Numbered from the stretch's first letter, positions 28,250 to 38,380 are shown. The stretch is 64,000 nucleotides of DNA from Methanobacteriota archaeon (GCA_043799545.1 JAZDNO010000004.1:73178-137177); one strand, 5' to 3'. Numbers and translations are program-made. Notes: generated by a model from the letters alone, not told the origin.

Positions 28250-28837
28250 TCATGTGCCGTCAACCGCGTCCAGGCGGTAATTTACAACAGTGACGCAGTG
28301 GTCCGTGTGCAGACAGCGTTCTCCCAGCCCGGCCCTGGTCGCTCCGGCCTTTTCGACGATTGCCAGCTCCTCCGCCGTCAAATCCTGCTGGTCGCTGAGA
28401 ATGAACGTCGCCCCCCCAGAAAGCCCTTTCCAGTCCGGCGCGGGCGCCCCCTCCGCGAGCAGGACCAGGGGTTTCGAAGCTTTCTCCAGAATTTCTGGCA
28501 GCCCTCTCCTCGCGACAGTGACGCCGGGCGACGACTCCACATCCCCTTCCGCCGGGCAGCGCATCAGCGCGTTCCGAATGAGCGAGGCTCCGTTTCTCTC
28601 GTCCGGATTGAGGTAGCGAACCTTCTCCCAATCGAAGCAGATGTGCCTGGGCTTTGCCGGATTGGTGTTGATTATGACGTGGGCCAGCGTGTCTCTCCGA
28701 ATCCCGTGCGAGAGCAGTAGCGCGGCTCCGACCGAGCGCGCCACCAAATCCACGCGCCCGCCCGCTCCCGTAAGGTCGTTTAGAGTGAAGTCCCCGCCGC
28801 GGGGGACCCGATGAGCGACGAAGACGAATTCCCTCAT
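28250..28837 (-). CDS. trmY: tRNA (pseudouridine54-N1)-methyltransferase
   Basis: MREFV..H....GDFTLNDL.GAGGRVDLVARSV.AALLLSHGIRRD, PDERN, ESSPG, FILSDQQD, LGERCLH. Confidence 0.9.
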   Translation of the reverse strand: MREFVFVAHRVPRGGDFTLNDLTGAGGRVDLVARSVGAALLLSHGIRRDTLAHVIINTNPAKPRHICFDWEKVRYLNPDERNGASLIRNALMRCPAEGDVESSPGVTVARRGLPEILEKASKPLVLLAEGAPAPDWKGLSGGATFILSDQQDLTAEELAIVEKAGATRAGLGERCLHTDHCVTVVNYRLDAVDGT

Positions 28838-30177
28838 TCCTTGAACTGCTCCAGGCCTTCCTTACCGAACTGCTTCATGAGCTGCCTGCGCATCTTCCTG
28901 TTGCCCAGCAGCCCCTTCATCTGCTTCTTCGACTGGTTGAACTGGTGCAGCAGCTCGCGCACCTCCGACGGGTCGACGCCAGAGCCTCGGGCGATGCGAG
29001 TGATGCGCGAGCCCTTGATGAGCTTCGGGTCCTCCAGCTCCGCATGGGTCATCGAAGACATCATGACCTTGAACCTCCGGAGGCGCTCCTGGGTCTTCGC
29101 CAGGTCCTCGTCCGAGAGCTTCCCGGAGAAGCCCGGAATCATCCCCATCACCTTTTGGAGCGGGCCCATGTTGGAGAGCATCTCCATCTGCTTCCTCATC
29201 TCGATGAGGGTGAAGCGGCCTGACATCATCTTCTTGACGGTTTCCTCGGCCTCCCCCTCGTCTATGGACTCCCTCGCCTTTTCGAGGAGGGAGGTCAGGT
29301 CTCCCATCCCCAGCAATCGGGAGATGAACCTGTCCGGAACGAACGGCTCCAGGTCCTCCACGTGCTCCCCCGTGCCAGTGAAGAGGACGCTGGCCTTCGT
29401 CTCCGAGACCGCGCTCATGGCGCCGCCGCCCTTCGCCGAGCCGTCCAGCTTGGTGATTATGACCCCCGTCACGCCGACGGCCTCGTGGAACGCCTTGGCC
29501 TGCGGGCCGGCCTGCTGGCCGACAGCGGCGTCTATGACCAGTATCTTCTCGGTAGGCTGGGCGATCTTCGAAACGCGCTTTATCTCGTCGATGAGGTCGT
29601 CCTCGAGCGCGTGGCGGCCTGAGGTGTCCAGTATTACGACGTCCATCTTCGCGAACTCCTCCAGGCCTGCGGCCGCGACCTTGTCCGCCTTCTTCTCCCC
29701 GGGCATGCCGAAAACGGGAACTCCAACCAGTTTACCAATCTGGCTGAGCTGGTCGTAGGCCGCGGGGCGGTGCACGTCCCCGGCTATGAGCCCCACGCTG
29801 AGCTTCTTCTTCTTGAAATGTTTCGCCAGCTTCCCCGCGGTCGTGGTCTTGCCCTGGCCGTACAGGCCGACCATCATGATGACCTGGCGACCCTTGGCGA
29901 CCTCGCGCCTCGCGCCCACAATTTTTACAAGCTCCTCGTAAATCGTGTGGATGACGTGCTCCCTGGAGCTCATACCAGGCTTTGGCTTCTCCGTCAGAGC
30001 GCGGCGCTCCACCTCCTTCGAAAGGTGGAGCGCGAGCTGGACGTTGACGTCCGCCTGCAGAAGCGCCCTTTGGATGTCGCGCACGACCTCCTTGATGAGC
30101 GCCTGGTCGACGTTGGAGGCGTTGGCTATCTTCTTCAGAACGTCGCGGAGCGAGCCCCCCAACTTGTCCAATACCAT
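28834..30177 (-). CDS. srp54: Signal recognition particle protein Srp54
   Basis: RALLQADVNV, GLYGQGKTTT, DTSGRH, TKLDGSAKGGG, GMGDL, SRITRIARGSG. Confidence 0.98.
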   Translation of the reverse strand: MVLDKLGGSLRDVLKKIANASNVDQALIKEVVRDIQRALLQADVNVQLALHLSKEVERRALTEKPKPGMSSREHVIHTIYEELVKIVGARREVAKGRQVIMMVGLYGQGKTTTAGKLAKHFKKKKLSVGLIAGDVHRPAAYDQLSQIGKLVGVPVFGMPGEKKADKVAAAGLEEFAKMDVVILDTSGRHALEDDLIDEIKRVSKIAQPTEKILVIDAAVGQQAGPQAKAFHEAVGVTGVIITKLDGSAKGGGAMSAVSETKASVLFTGTGEHVEDLEPFVPDRFISRLLGMGDLTSLLEKARESIDEGEAEETVKKMMSGRFTLIEMRKQMEMLSNMGPLQKVMGMIPGFSGKLSDEDLAKTQERLRRFKVMMSSMTHAELEDPKLIKGSRITRIARGSGVDPSEVRELLHQFNQSKKQMKGLLGNRKMRRQLMKQFGKEGLEQFKE

Positions 30178-30223
30178 CGGAACGTCGAAGCGGCGGGGGG
30201 AATAAAAGGTTTCCCCTCAACCC

Positions 30224-30405
30224 TTTCTTTGGGTCTCGCCTCGCCTGCTCGGGCTCACCAAAGAAAGCATTGGGAGCAAAGAAAGTTCGCCCTCGCCAGC
30301 TCGGCTCGACCGAAACGCTTTCTTTGAGTCTCGCTGCGCTGGCTCGCCCCTCGCAAAGAAAGCGTTTGGAGCAAAGAAACTCGGGGCGAGCCTGCTCGCT
30401 CGACC
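30224..30405. repeat. Two tandem copies of an 87-88-bp palindromic REP-like element (A 30224-30311 degenerate, B 30319-30405)
   Basis: B: TTTCTTTG..TCTCGCTGCGCTGGCTCGCCCC..CAAAGAAAGC..TTGGAGCAAAGAAA..GGGGCGAGCCTGCTCGCTCGACC; homologous copies at 53906 and 56427. Confidence 0.85.
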
Positions 30406-30540
30406 GTTTCCCTGCACAAATGCCGCGAACACTCACCACCTATTCCTACTGAACATGTGTTAGCCATGCCGATTGCGAAATCAGCGATTTATCTGTTAGT
30501 TTCGCAACTATAATATCCCCCCTCGCGTTGGCATCTCCGA

Positions 30541-31884
30541 ATGGACTACGCGACTGGTTGGATATTGGCCGGGACGGTCATACTGCTCTGGATTCTCTGC
30601 GTCTACTACTTCTTCGCCAGGAGCCCTTGGGGCAAGGGGGCGGAGGCCGCGGGTTTCTCGATGTACGGTCCGTTCATCATGTGGCGCACGAAGCGCGGGC
30701 GGGAGCTTCTTGAGAACCTGTCGAAATACAGGAAGCTCTGGGGCTTCTACGGCGACGCGGCCATCGCGTGCGCCGCGGCCGCGGCCATCGTCATGATGGG
30801 CCTGCTGATGTGGCAGTCAGTTCTCGTCCCCTCGATAGCGAGCGAGGACGCTCCATCTCCCGAGACGATGCTGGGCCTGCCGGGAATAAACAAGTTCATA
30901 CCATTCGGCTACGGCATCTTCGGGCTCGCGATTGCGATAATCGTTCACGAGAGCGCGCACGGCATCCTGATGCGCCTCGGGGGGATCAGGCTCAAGAGCC
31001 TCGGGCTACTCTTCTTCGTCGTGCCGGTGGGCGCGTTCGCCGAGCAGGACGAGGAGGACATGAGGAACGGGTCGCGGCGGGGACGGATGCGCGTCTTCGC
31101 GGGGGGGCCGATGGCCAACCTTCTCCTGGCTTTTGTCTGCATGGCTGTTTTTTCGTCTGTCCTGATGCCCGCGGTCCAGCCGGCGCGGGAGGGCGTGGGC
31201 GTGATGAACGTCGGTGCGGGAACTCCAGCAGATGGAACGCTGGAGACGACGATGATAATCACGTCGTTCAACGGGACGGCCGTGGCTGATTATGCGGATT
31301 TCTCTGACGCGATAGCCATAACGCACGCCAACCAGACGGTTGCGATAACCGTTTACTACCAAGGGGCCGAGCGGAGCTTCAACGTCACGCTCGACGACAG
31401 AGGTGATTACGTCGGCGGAGCCGACAACGAAGGCAGGGGCTACCTCGGCATCAGCGGCGGCACGGTGTCCACGGACCGCTTCCACCCCATCGCAGGCGCG
31501 AAGAACTCCACGGCGCTGGTTAGGAACTTCCTGATATTCATTACGCTGCCAATCAGCGGCGGTTCGCCTGTCGAGGGGGCGCAGATGGACTTCTACACTG
31601 TGAGCGGGCCGCTCGACGAGGGCACGTTCTGGCTGCTTTCGAACGCTGTCTACTGGGTGTTCTGGCTGAACCTCATGGTCGGCCTGACGAACGTGCTGCC
31701 CGCGGTGCCGCTAGACGGCGGGTACATCTACAAAGACTGGCTTGAGAAGCTGTTCGGCAAGCTCGGTCTGAAGGGTGGCAACAGGGATGAGCAGGTGAAG
31801 CTCGTCGACAAAATCGTCCTTGCGACTTCGTTCCTCGTGCTGGCCCTGATATTGTGGCCTCTGATTGGCCCCAGAATAATGTGA
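30541..31884 (+). CDS. Site-2 protease (M50) with PDZ domain
   Basis: IIVHESAHG (HExxH), AGGPMAN, NVLPAVPLDGG, central PDZ-like segment. Confidence 0.93.
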   Translation: MDYATGWILAGTVILLWILCVYYFFARSPWGKGAEAAGFSMYGPFIMWRTKRGRELLENLSKYRKLWGFYGDAAIACAAAAAIVMMGLLMWQSVLVPSIASEDAPSPETMLGLPGINKFIPFGYGIFGLAIAIIVHESAHGILMRLGGIRLKSLGLLFFVVPVGAFAEQDEEDMRNGSRRGRMRVFAGGPMANLLLAFVCMAVFSSVLMPAVQPAREGVGVMNVGAGTPADGTLETTMIITSFNGTAVADYADFSDAIAITHANQTVAITVYYQGAERSFNVTLDDRGDYVGGADNEGRGYLGISGGTVSTDRFHPIAGAKNSTALVRNFLIFITLPISGGSPVEGAQMDFYTVSGPLDEGTFWLLSNAVYWVFWLNLMVGLTNVLPAVPLDGGYIYKDWLEKLFGKLGLKGGNRDEQVKLVDKIVLATSFLVLALILWPLIGPRIM

Positions 31885-31924
31885 GCAGCGCCGCTGTAAT
31901 GCTCAGAATGAACTGTTGTCCGAC

Positions 31925-32617
31925 TCAATCCGACACTAGCTCGAACCCGTTCTTGTCGAATATCAGGGGGAAGTAGCCGCGTTTGTGGGAGGCCTGGCGC
32001 ATCTTCACAATGCTGAGGAAGAGGTTGACGTTGTTCGCGTCCCTCTTGAGGTCCAGGTGGATTATGCCGTCAGCAAGGAAGTCCTCGCCGTACTCGGCGA
32101 ACTCCTCGGTGTTCTGGCCCATCTCCGTTATCAGGAAGGCGGTAACCTCCAGGTCGCGCAGCCATTCGAAGAACTTGAAAAGGTCGTCGCGCGGGCACTG
32201 GAACCTGGCCATGACCTCCAGGACAGGGAGCGAGTCTATGACGACGAGCTTGATGTCCATGTTCTTCTTCAGGTTCTTCAGGTACATCTGGAAGACTTCC
32301 ATCCAGGTCTGGTTGGTGAGCTGGGTGAGCTTCTTGCGTATCATACCCAGGTCCAGGACGCTGATTTCGCGCTCCAGCCCGCTCATTGTCATCCCCAGGC
32401 CCTCCATGTTTATGAGGAGGCTCTCGCGGCTCTGCTCCAGGGTGACGTAGACGCCGCTGATGTCGTCTCGGTTGGCGTTGTTGTAGAGGATGTTGAACGC
32501 AAGCGACGACTTCATGGTTCCGGGCTTCCCCGCGATGAGGACGACGTGGTTCACCGGAATTCCCCCGGCGAGCTGCTCGTCCAGGCTTTTGACGTATGTC
32601 TTCACGCGTTTTGGCAT
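31925..32617 (-). CDS. KaiC/RecA-superfamily ATPase
   Basis: LDEQLAGGIP, GKPGTMKS, VYVTLEQ, VVIDSL, DFLADGIIHL, SIVKMR..H. Confidence 0.9.
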   Translation of the reverse strand: MPKRVKTYVKSLDEQLAGGIPVNHVVLIAGKPGTMKSSLAFNILYNNANRDDISGVYVTLEQSRESLLINMEGLGMTMSGLEREISVLDLGMIRKKLTQLTNQTWMEVFQMYLKNLKKNMDIKLVVIDSLPVLEVMARFQCPRDDLFKFFEWLRDLEVTAFLITEMGQNTEEFAEYGEDFLADGIIHLDLKRDANNVNLFLSIVKMRQASHKRGYFPLIFDKNGFELVSD

Positions 32618-32707
32618 GGTATTCCCCCTGGCGGCTCCCAATAATTGTATTGTCTAATAAAGGCTTCTACTGCAAAGGATTATTTCCCACGACTCATCCA
32701 CCCCCCG

Positions 32708-33253
32708 ATGCCCGGCAGGATGACGTTAGGACTTTACAACTCCTACGACCCAGTGAAGATGCACGAGGCCCATCGCAGGGCGCTGGCACGAGCCGGGCCG
32801 CTCTGCCTGGGCTTCGACTGCAACCTTATCACAATAGGTTTTCCTTACGGACGCGAGATGCGCACGCCCGCGGAAATCGTCGCCTGGATATCCGAGACGA
32901 CGAGTATCGGAAAGGACGGCCAGTATCTGGTAAAACTCGCCGAGGCAGGGCGCTTCCAGGCCGTCGATTTTCCCGATCGGGGGTTCCAGCCGCAGTACGG
33001 GCTTCCGGTGCTGACGACATGCCGCCCGGACCCGAAGAAGGCGATGATGCCGCGCCAGGCTGCGGAAGAGCTCGCGCACGGGCAATCCATCCTGCTCATT
33101 TTCGGCCTAGGCCCGCGCGGGGTCCCCAAGGACATCCACGCCATGTGCCCCAGGCATCTGGACGTCACCGGGCGCGGGCTCTCGATGGAGACAGCGACGG
33201 CGCTTGGCGCCGTTCCGGCCGCGATTCATGCGCACCTCGACTCATTGAAGTGA
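32708..33253 (+). CDS. DUF531-family (SPOUT-like) protein
   Basis: RMTLGLYNSYDP.KMHEAHRRALARAGPLC.GFDCNL, FGLGPRG, SMETATALG. Confidence 0.8.
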   Translation: MPGRMTLGLYNSYDPVKMHEAHRRALARAGPLCLGFDCNLITIGFPYGREMRTPAEIVAWISETTSIGKDGQYLVKLAEAGRFQAVDFPDRGFQPQYGLPVLTTCRPDPKKAMMPRQAAEELAHGQSILLIFGLGPRGVPKDIHAMCPRHLDVTGRGLSMETATALGAVPAAIHAHLDSLK

Positions 33254-33320
33254 CGCCCATCTTGGCCAGCAGCGATTTCCGACGTGCTTTCCGCCAGTGT
33301 AACGAAAATATTAAATATCT

Positions 33321-33340
33321 GTAACTGTATTACGTGTAAT
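33321..33340. promoter_or_regulatory. Overlapping palindromes directly before ATG 33342 (candidate autoregulatory operator)
   Basis: GTAA-CTGTA-TTAC (33321-33333) and ATTAC-GT-GTAAT (33329-33340). Confidence 0.4.
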
Positions 33341-33341
33341 T

Positions 33342-34199
33342 ATGATACAAAATAACGATTGGCAGGCGAAGAAGGAGGCGCTCCGCGCCCAGGCGGAGGC
33401 GCTCCGTGCGCAGGAGGCGGCGCTGAGGGCGCAAGCGGAGAAACTCGGACGCCAGCAGGCCGAGGAGGAGAAGAAGATGGCCGTCCTCGAACGCACGATG
33501 GGTGCCCCGCCGAGGCGCGGAGAGGACCCTTACGAGGTCAAGGAGCGCTACCGCCAGGCGAAGGCGGAGTACCAGGCGGCCAAGATGCGCGTGAAGGCGT
33601 TCGAGCGCGTCGAGAGGGAGATGGAGCGCGCCGAGGAGGCGATGGAGGACATCGAGGACGAGCTGTCATCCGTCGAGGAGGAGGCCGAGGAGTCGCTCGA
33701 GGAGGTTGAGGACGAGGCCGACGCGGAATTCCCCGACCTGGCACCCATCGAGAGGAAGATACAGAAAGCGATGGAGCGCATAAAGGTGATAGACTTCGCG
33801 GGGCTGGAGGCGGGGATGAGGGATGCCATCGACCGCGGGCTTGCCCCGCTGGCCCCGCGCCCCCCGGCGGTTCCGTCCGCGCCCAGCGCCCCGCAGAACG
33901 GCATAGGCTTCGACATGGTCCGCGAGCAGATGGGCGGCAGGGCAAATACAATCATGACCCGCGTCTCGGACGAGGACCTGCAGACCCTGGACATACTCGT
34001 CGAGGCCGGGCTGGCTTCGTCTCGCTCTGAGTGCGCGGCAATGCTGCTGCACGAGGGCATCATCGCCAGGAAGGACATGATCCAGAAAGTGCGCGACACC
34101 GCAGACCAGATACGCAAGCTCAGGGACTCGATGCGGGAGGAGCTAAGGTCCGTCGCGGCCGCTTCGCCGTCGGCGAAGAAGGAGCCTGGCTCAGAGTAG
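33342..34199 (+). CDS. Coiled-coil protein with C-terminal ribbon-helix-helix-like domain
   Basis: Heptad repeats EALRAQA x3 (21-nt repeats 33375-33437), acidic coil, Pro linker, NTIMTRVSDEDLQTLDILVEAGLASSRSECAAMLL (RHH-like). Confidence 0.7.
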   Translation: MIQNNDWQAKKEALRAQAEALRAQEAALRAQAEKLGRQQAEEEKKMAVLERTMGAPPRRGEDPYEVKERYRQAKAEYQAAKMRVKAFERVEREMERAEEAMEDIEDELSSVEEEAEESLEEVEDEADAEFPDLAPIERKIQKAMERIKVIDFAGLEAGMRDAIDRGLAPLAPRPPAVPSAPSAPQNGIGFDMVREQMGGRANTIMTRVSDEDLQTLDILVEAGLASSRSECAAMLLHEGIIARKDMIQKVRDTADQIRKLRDSMREELRSVAAASPSAKKEPGSE

Positions 34200-35006
34200 G
34201 GACCATGACAGCACGCCCACGCCCAGAGCGAGGCAGTACGGGGCGAACCAGTGCAGGCCCCCGCGCCTCACGACCCGCATCATCGCCTCCAGGCAGGCGT
34301 AGCCGACGAGGGCGGCGGCGAGCGCCCCCAGTGCGGCCGGCGCCAAATCCGCCGACGCGATGTGGCCGATTTCCCCCAGCTTCAGCACGGCCGCGCCCAA
34401 CGTCGCCGGAATCAGGGCGAGGAACGAGAACTTCGCCGCGTCCTCCAGCGACGCGCCAAGGAAGATGCCGGTCCCTATCGTCAGCCCCGAGCGCGACAGT
34501 GACGACAGGACCGACGCGCCCTGCGCAGTGCCTATGGCCAGCGCCCCGCCTGCTCCGATTCGCCCGCCCCTCGGCCTAGCAAGCTTCGTGGCCGCCAGGA
34601 AAAATCCGGTGGCGACGAAGCCGGCGCCGATTATTGCCAGCGAGGTGAAATCGCCGCCGCCGAGATGCCTATCGATTGCGTAGCCGATTATCGCTGTCGG
34701 TACGCTCGCCAGCAGTATGAGCCAGCCCCATAGCCTCTCCTTCCTGCCGAAGAGGGCCTCTTTCCTGTCCTCGGCGCCAAACGCCTCTCCGACGCCGGCA
34801 AGCCAGTCGGCGATTATGGCCGCGATGTCCTTCCTAAGGTATATGCAAGCCACGGCGACAGTGGCCAGGTGCAGAACGACGTCGTACGCGACCGAGACCT
34901 CGCCGAGGTAGATTTGCGCCAGCGCCAGATGCCCCGAGCTGCTGAGGGGCAGCCATTCAGTGACCCCCTGGACGATTCCGAGCAGCAGAGCTACGAGCCA
35001 GTCCAT
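34191..35006 (-). CDS. uppP: Undecaprenyl/polyprenyl-diphosphate phosphatase (BacA)
   Basis: GIVQGVTEWLPLSSSGH, HLAT, GTAQG..LSRSGLTI, FSFL. Confidence 0.93.
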   Translation of the reverse strand: MDWLVALLLGIVQGVTEWLPLSSSGHLALAQIYLGEVSVAYDVVLHLATVAVACIYLRKDIAAIIADWLAGVGEAFGAEDRKEALFGRKERLWGWLILLASVPTAIIGYAIDRHLGGGDFTSLAIIGAGFVATGFFLAATKLARPRGGRIGAGGALAIGTAQGASVLSSLSRSGLTIGTGIFLGASLEDAAKFSFLALIPATLGAAVLKLGEIGHIASADLAPAALGALAAALVGYACLEAMMRVVRRGGLHWFAPYCLALGVGVLSWSLL

Positions 35007-35015
35007 GGGCAATCC

Positions 35016-35540
35016 TCAGATTCTCTTCATCGAGGCGCGGTACCTCTTCTCTGCCAGCTCGCGATATATTGCCTTGAACCTCTTCCACTGGGCTATGTAC
35101 TCGTCGTTCACCTCGGCCACCTGCTTGGCCGGGATGCCGACGACGATTGCACGCGGCGGGACGACGGACTTGTTCTTCACGACGGCCCCCTCGCCAACGG
35201 TCGCGTTCTCGCCCACGACCGCGTAATCGGAGACGACAGCGCCCATGCCGACGACCGTGCCGTCGCCGATTGTGCAGTTGTGTATCACGCACGAATGGCC
35301 GAGCGTGACGTTGTTGCCTATGACCAGCTTCTCCCCCGGTCGCGCGTGCAGGACGCAGTTGTCTTCGATGGCGGAGCCTTCGCCGATAACAATCGTTCCG
35401 TAATCGCCGCGAATTCTGGCTCCCGGCCCGACGTAGCAGCCCGCGCCCATCGTAACGTCGCCGATGACGTCGGCGCTCTCGAAAACATATGCGGTCTCGT
35501 GGATTTTCGGGCGTTTTCCCTCGAACTCGTAGATTGGCAT
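35016..35540 (-). CDS. Gamma-carbonic-anhydrase-like hexapeptide repeat protein (YrdA/PaaY family)
   Basis: P.IHETAYV..A.VIGDV, RGDYG.I.IG..S.IEDNCVLH, TLGHSCVIHNCTIG, GIPAK. Confidence 0.92.
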   Translation of the reverse strand: MPIYEFEGKRPKIHETAYVFESADVIGDVTMGAGCYVGPGARIRGDYGTIVIGEGSAIEDNCVLHARPGEKLVIGNNVTLGHSCVIHNCTIGDGTVVGMGAVVSDYAVVGENATVGEGAVVKNKSVVPPRAIVVGIPAKQVAEVNDEYIAQWKRFKAIYRELAEKRYRASMKRI

Positions 35541-35548
35541 GTATTCCC

Positions 35549-36580
35549 TCAGTACTTATCGTAGCTCAGCCCCAATTCCGGTAGCGTGGCCTTCGTGACC
35601 TTGGATTTCGCAACGGTCCCGACGACCTTCGCCCTGTGCCCCGCCTTCTTCATCGTTTGGATGATTCCCTTCGCTTCCCGCTCGGGCGCGACGAATGCGT
35701 ATCCCATACCCATGTTGAAGGTCTGGTACATCTCCCTGTCATCGACCTTGCCCAACTCCTGCAAGGCAGAGAAGACCCTGTTCGGCGCAAGCGGCTCATC
35801 GAAGCGGTACTCGAGCCCCTTCTTCAGCCTGATGAGGTTGCGCAGGCCTCCGCCCGTGATGTTGGCCATGCCGTGAATACCGTGCTTGGCAACGGCTGCC
35901 ATGACGCCGCGCACGTAAATCTCGGTCGGCTCCAGGAGCTCGTCCCCCCAGGTCCGCCCGAGCTTCGGTTCTTTTTGACGGTATCCGCTGCCCGCCTTCT
36001 CGATAATCTTCCGCGCCAGCGTGAGGCCGTTGCAGTGGATGCCGCTTGCACCCACTCCGATTATAGAGTCGCCCGCCGAAATCTTCGCGCCTGTGATGAT
36101 GTCCTTCTTCAGGACCGAGCCCAGGCAGGTCCCGCCGAGATCCGTGCCGCTCACTATGTCTGGCACGACCGCAATCTCACCGCCGATGATGCTGACGTTC
36201 GACATCCTGGCCCCTTCGTTCAGGCCGACGCCGATTTGCCTCGCCCTCTCAGGGTCGGGCCTGTCGATGGAGATGAAATCCACGAAGGCCAGCGGCTCGG
36301 CTCCGATGCAAATCATGTCGTTGACGTTCATGGCCATGCAGTCTATGCCTATCGTGTCCCACCGTTTCATTTCGTTGGCGACGACAATCTTCGTGCCTAC
36401 GGTGTCGGTGCAGAGCGAGAGGGCGTGCTCCCCGAAGTCTATGAGCCCGGTGAAATGGCCGTCCAGGTCGAGCATCCTGCCCCGGCCCTTGCGCCTGAAT
36501 GCGAGGGTGCGCACGAGCTGCGATATGGCGCTCGACTTCCCGTCTATGTCCACGCCCGCCTTCGCGTACGTCATGCCCAT
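35549..36580 (-). CDS. purM: Phosphoribosylformylglycinamidine cyclo-ligase
   Basis: TYAKAGVDID, DTVGTK, IDCMAMNVND, GAEPLAFVD, SGIHCNG, NITGGG, TFNMGMG. Confidence 0.96.
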   Translation of the reverse strand: MGMTYAKAGVDIDGKSSAISQLVRTLAFRRKGRGRMLDLDGHFTGLIDFGEHALSLCTDTVGTKIVVANEMKRWDTIGIDCMAMNVNDMICIGAEPLAFVDFISIDRPDPERARQIGVGLNEGARMSNVSIIGGEIAVVPDIVSGTDLGGTCLGSVLKKDIITGAKISAGDSIIGVGASGIHCNGLTLARKIIEKAGSGYRQKEPKLGRTWGDELLEPTEIYVRGVMAAVAKHGIHGMANITGGGLRNLIRLKKGLEYRFDEPLAPNRVFSALQELGKVDDREMYQTFNMGMGYAFVAPEREAKGIIQTMKKAGHRAKVVGTVAKSKVTKATLPELGLSYDKY

Positions 36581-36628
36581 GGTATCACGAGCCTAGATGG
36601 GCGAGGGGTAGGAAAAGGTTGCGGGCGC

Positions 36629-38380
36629 TCAAACGTCCAACACGTATACCCTCGGATGAACCTCCCTCAGGCCATCATTTTGGACTGGACCGGCAGTATA
36701 CACGATTGAGATGCCGTTGTCGACTAAAAATGATGTGTTGGAGCAACGTCCGTCAAAGAAAGATGCAATCTTTTCGACCATGGATTCCATTGCGGCGTCA
36801 GGGCCTTGCGGGATTTTGTACAATACCTGTTTTTCTGCGATCGGGCTGAAAGCGATGGCCTTCCAAGGGTCTAGGACAGCCTTTGTGTATGTTGCGTTGA
36901 GATTTTCACGAATCCAGGTGAAGTCGTCGAACTCCTGCTCGCTGACAATCATGTAATACGGTTCGTTCGCATGGCTGTAGAAGGCCATTCCCACAGCCGT
37001 TGCCAGAACTATCGCGATGGCTGGTTTGCTCCATTTCCATCCCCTGGACGCACCCACCCCCGAAGATAACGCGAGCAATCCGAAGAATAAAAAGGTCGTC
37101 CTATCCATCAGGGCCTGTGCATCTTGCATCCGATTGAGGACAAATTGGAAAGCCAGCGTGAGACCTGCTATAGACATTGTTGCCAGGGCCAACGTCAGGC
37201 TTTGGCGCTTCCTCTCCCAAATGAGGAGCCCCAATCCAAGGAAACCCAGAAGGAAGAGCCAGAACCCGAACGTTTGCACATAAGATGTGAGCGACATCTG
37301 CGGCAGGAAGAGTGCGCCTCCCGTCAGCAAGGTCAATCCGCGTTTCGCCCATACCCCCCCCGACCATAGGAATGGTGTGAAAATCGCAATAAGGAGCGAT
37401 GCGGCGCCTACCCCAATCAAGATAACGCCCAACCGCCATTCCTTGAACAAGATGAACGCGAATCCGGCAGATACGATTATGATCAGCCCTGCAAGCGCCG
37501 TGGGCGGGTGCATCAGGAGCGCGTAAACCTCGATGATTATTATCAAGGGCAGCAACCAAAGCGATTTGAAGCGAAGGAGAATTAAAATAAGCCCGAGTAT
37601 CAAAAGAAAACCCAGCGTGATTGGGACCAGGAACCCTGGCCCGAGGAACCTGAGCGTGGTCGGCAGCATCGCCCCCAGGAGCGCGCAGGGAATGGCTGCC
37701 TCGAAGCTTTTTCCTATGGCATAACACGCCATGATTGTCATGGCAGAAATTAAAACTGGACCGAATGCAAACAGCCAGCCCCAATCGATTCCGCTCAGAT
37801 TTTGAAATGTGCCGATGGTGAGGAGGAAACCACCTTCCGCGTGATTCCCTGCGTTATAACCGTAGTACGCTTCCTGGAAATTCCATACTCCCTGGCCCAT
37901 CATGCTCTGCGCGTGAGCCCAGTAGTGCCATTCGTCCGTGTGGATGGGGCGGTAATAGCCGAACTTTGGCCAGAGCGAAAAGATTGCGCCGAGAGCCATG
38001 ATGCAAAGAAGAATCCATGTATTTCGGGACTTCATTTTCAAAGCCACGTTTTCTTTCCCCGTCCTCCAAATCCAGGATACGTGGGAAAATAACGATTCTT
38101 TGGACTCGCGAAGGAGTATGATGTACAATAATGCGCCAACGAAGGTGACGATTGCTGATGCAAATGCCCATGATTGGACGCCAAATTTGACGCCAAAGCC
38201 GAAATACGCCACAACCATCGTAACAAACGACAACGAAATCGATGATATCGGCATCAAGGCGATCGCTTCAAGCCGCGTGAACAACTTCTTTCGCATCAAA
38301 ATTAATGATAATGGCAAACCCGGAAAAGAAAAGACGAATGCCATTGAGACAAATATCCACGGTATGTCCAGGAAACCCAT
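36629..38380 (-). CDS. Polytopic membrane protein, GT-C (glycosyltransferase)-like
   Basis: About 12 hydrophobic segments; PIHTDEWHYWA acidic pair in the first large loop; C-terminal WIREN..KAV periplasmic-type domain. Start set at ATG 38380. Confidence 0.65.
   Translation of the reverse strand: MGFLDIPWIFVSMAFVFSFPGLPLSLILMRKKLFTRLEAIALMPISSISLSFVTMVVAYFGFGVKFGVQSWAFASAIVTFVGALLYIILLRESKESLFSHVSWIWRTGKENVALKMKSRNTWILLCIMALGAIFSLWPKFGYYRPIHTDEWHYWAHAQSMMGQGVWNFQEAYYGYNAGNHAEGGFLLTIGTFQNLSGIDWGWLFAFGPVLISAMTIMACYAIGKSFEAAIPCALLGAMLPTTLRFLGPGFLVPITLGFLLILGLILILLRFKSLWLLPLIIIIEVYALLMHPPTALAGLIIIVSAGFAFILFKEWRLGVILIGVGAASLLIAIFTPFLWSGGVWAKRGLTLLTGGALFLPQMSLTSYVQTFGFWLFLLGFLGLGLLIWERKRQSLTLALATMSIAGLTLAFQFVLNRMQDAQALMDRTTFLFFGLLALSSGVGASRGWKWSKPAIAIVLATAVGMAFYSHANEPYYMIVSEQEFDDFTWIRENLNATYTKAVLDPWKAIAFSPIAEKQVLYKIPQGPDAAMESMVEKIASFFDGRCSNTSFLVDNGISIVYTAGPVQNDGLREVHPRVYVLDV

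Noticed and set aside
30224-30405. CRISPR mini-array
   Set aside because: Units are 87-95 nt with almost no unique spacer, dispersed elsewhere, and no cas genes are present.
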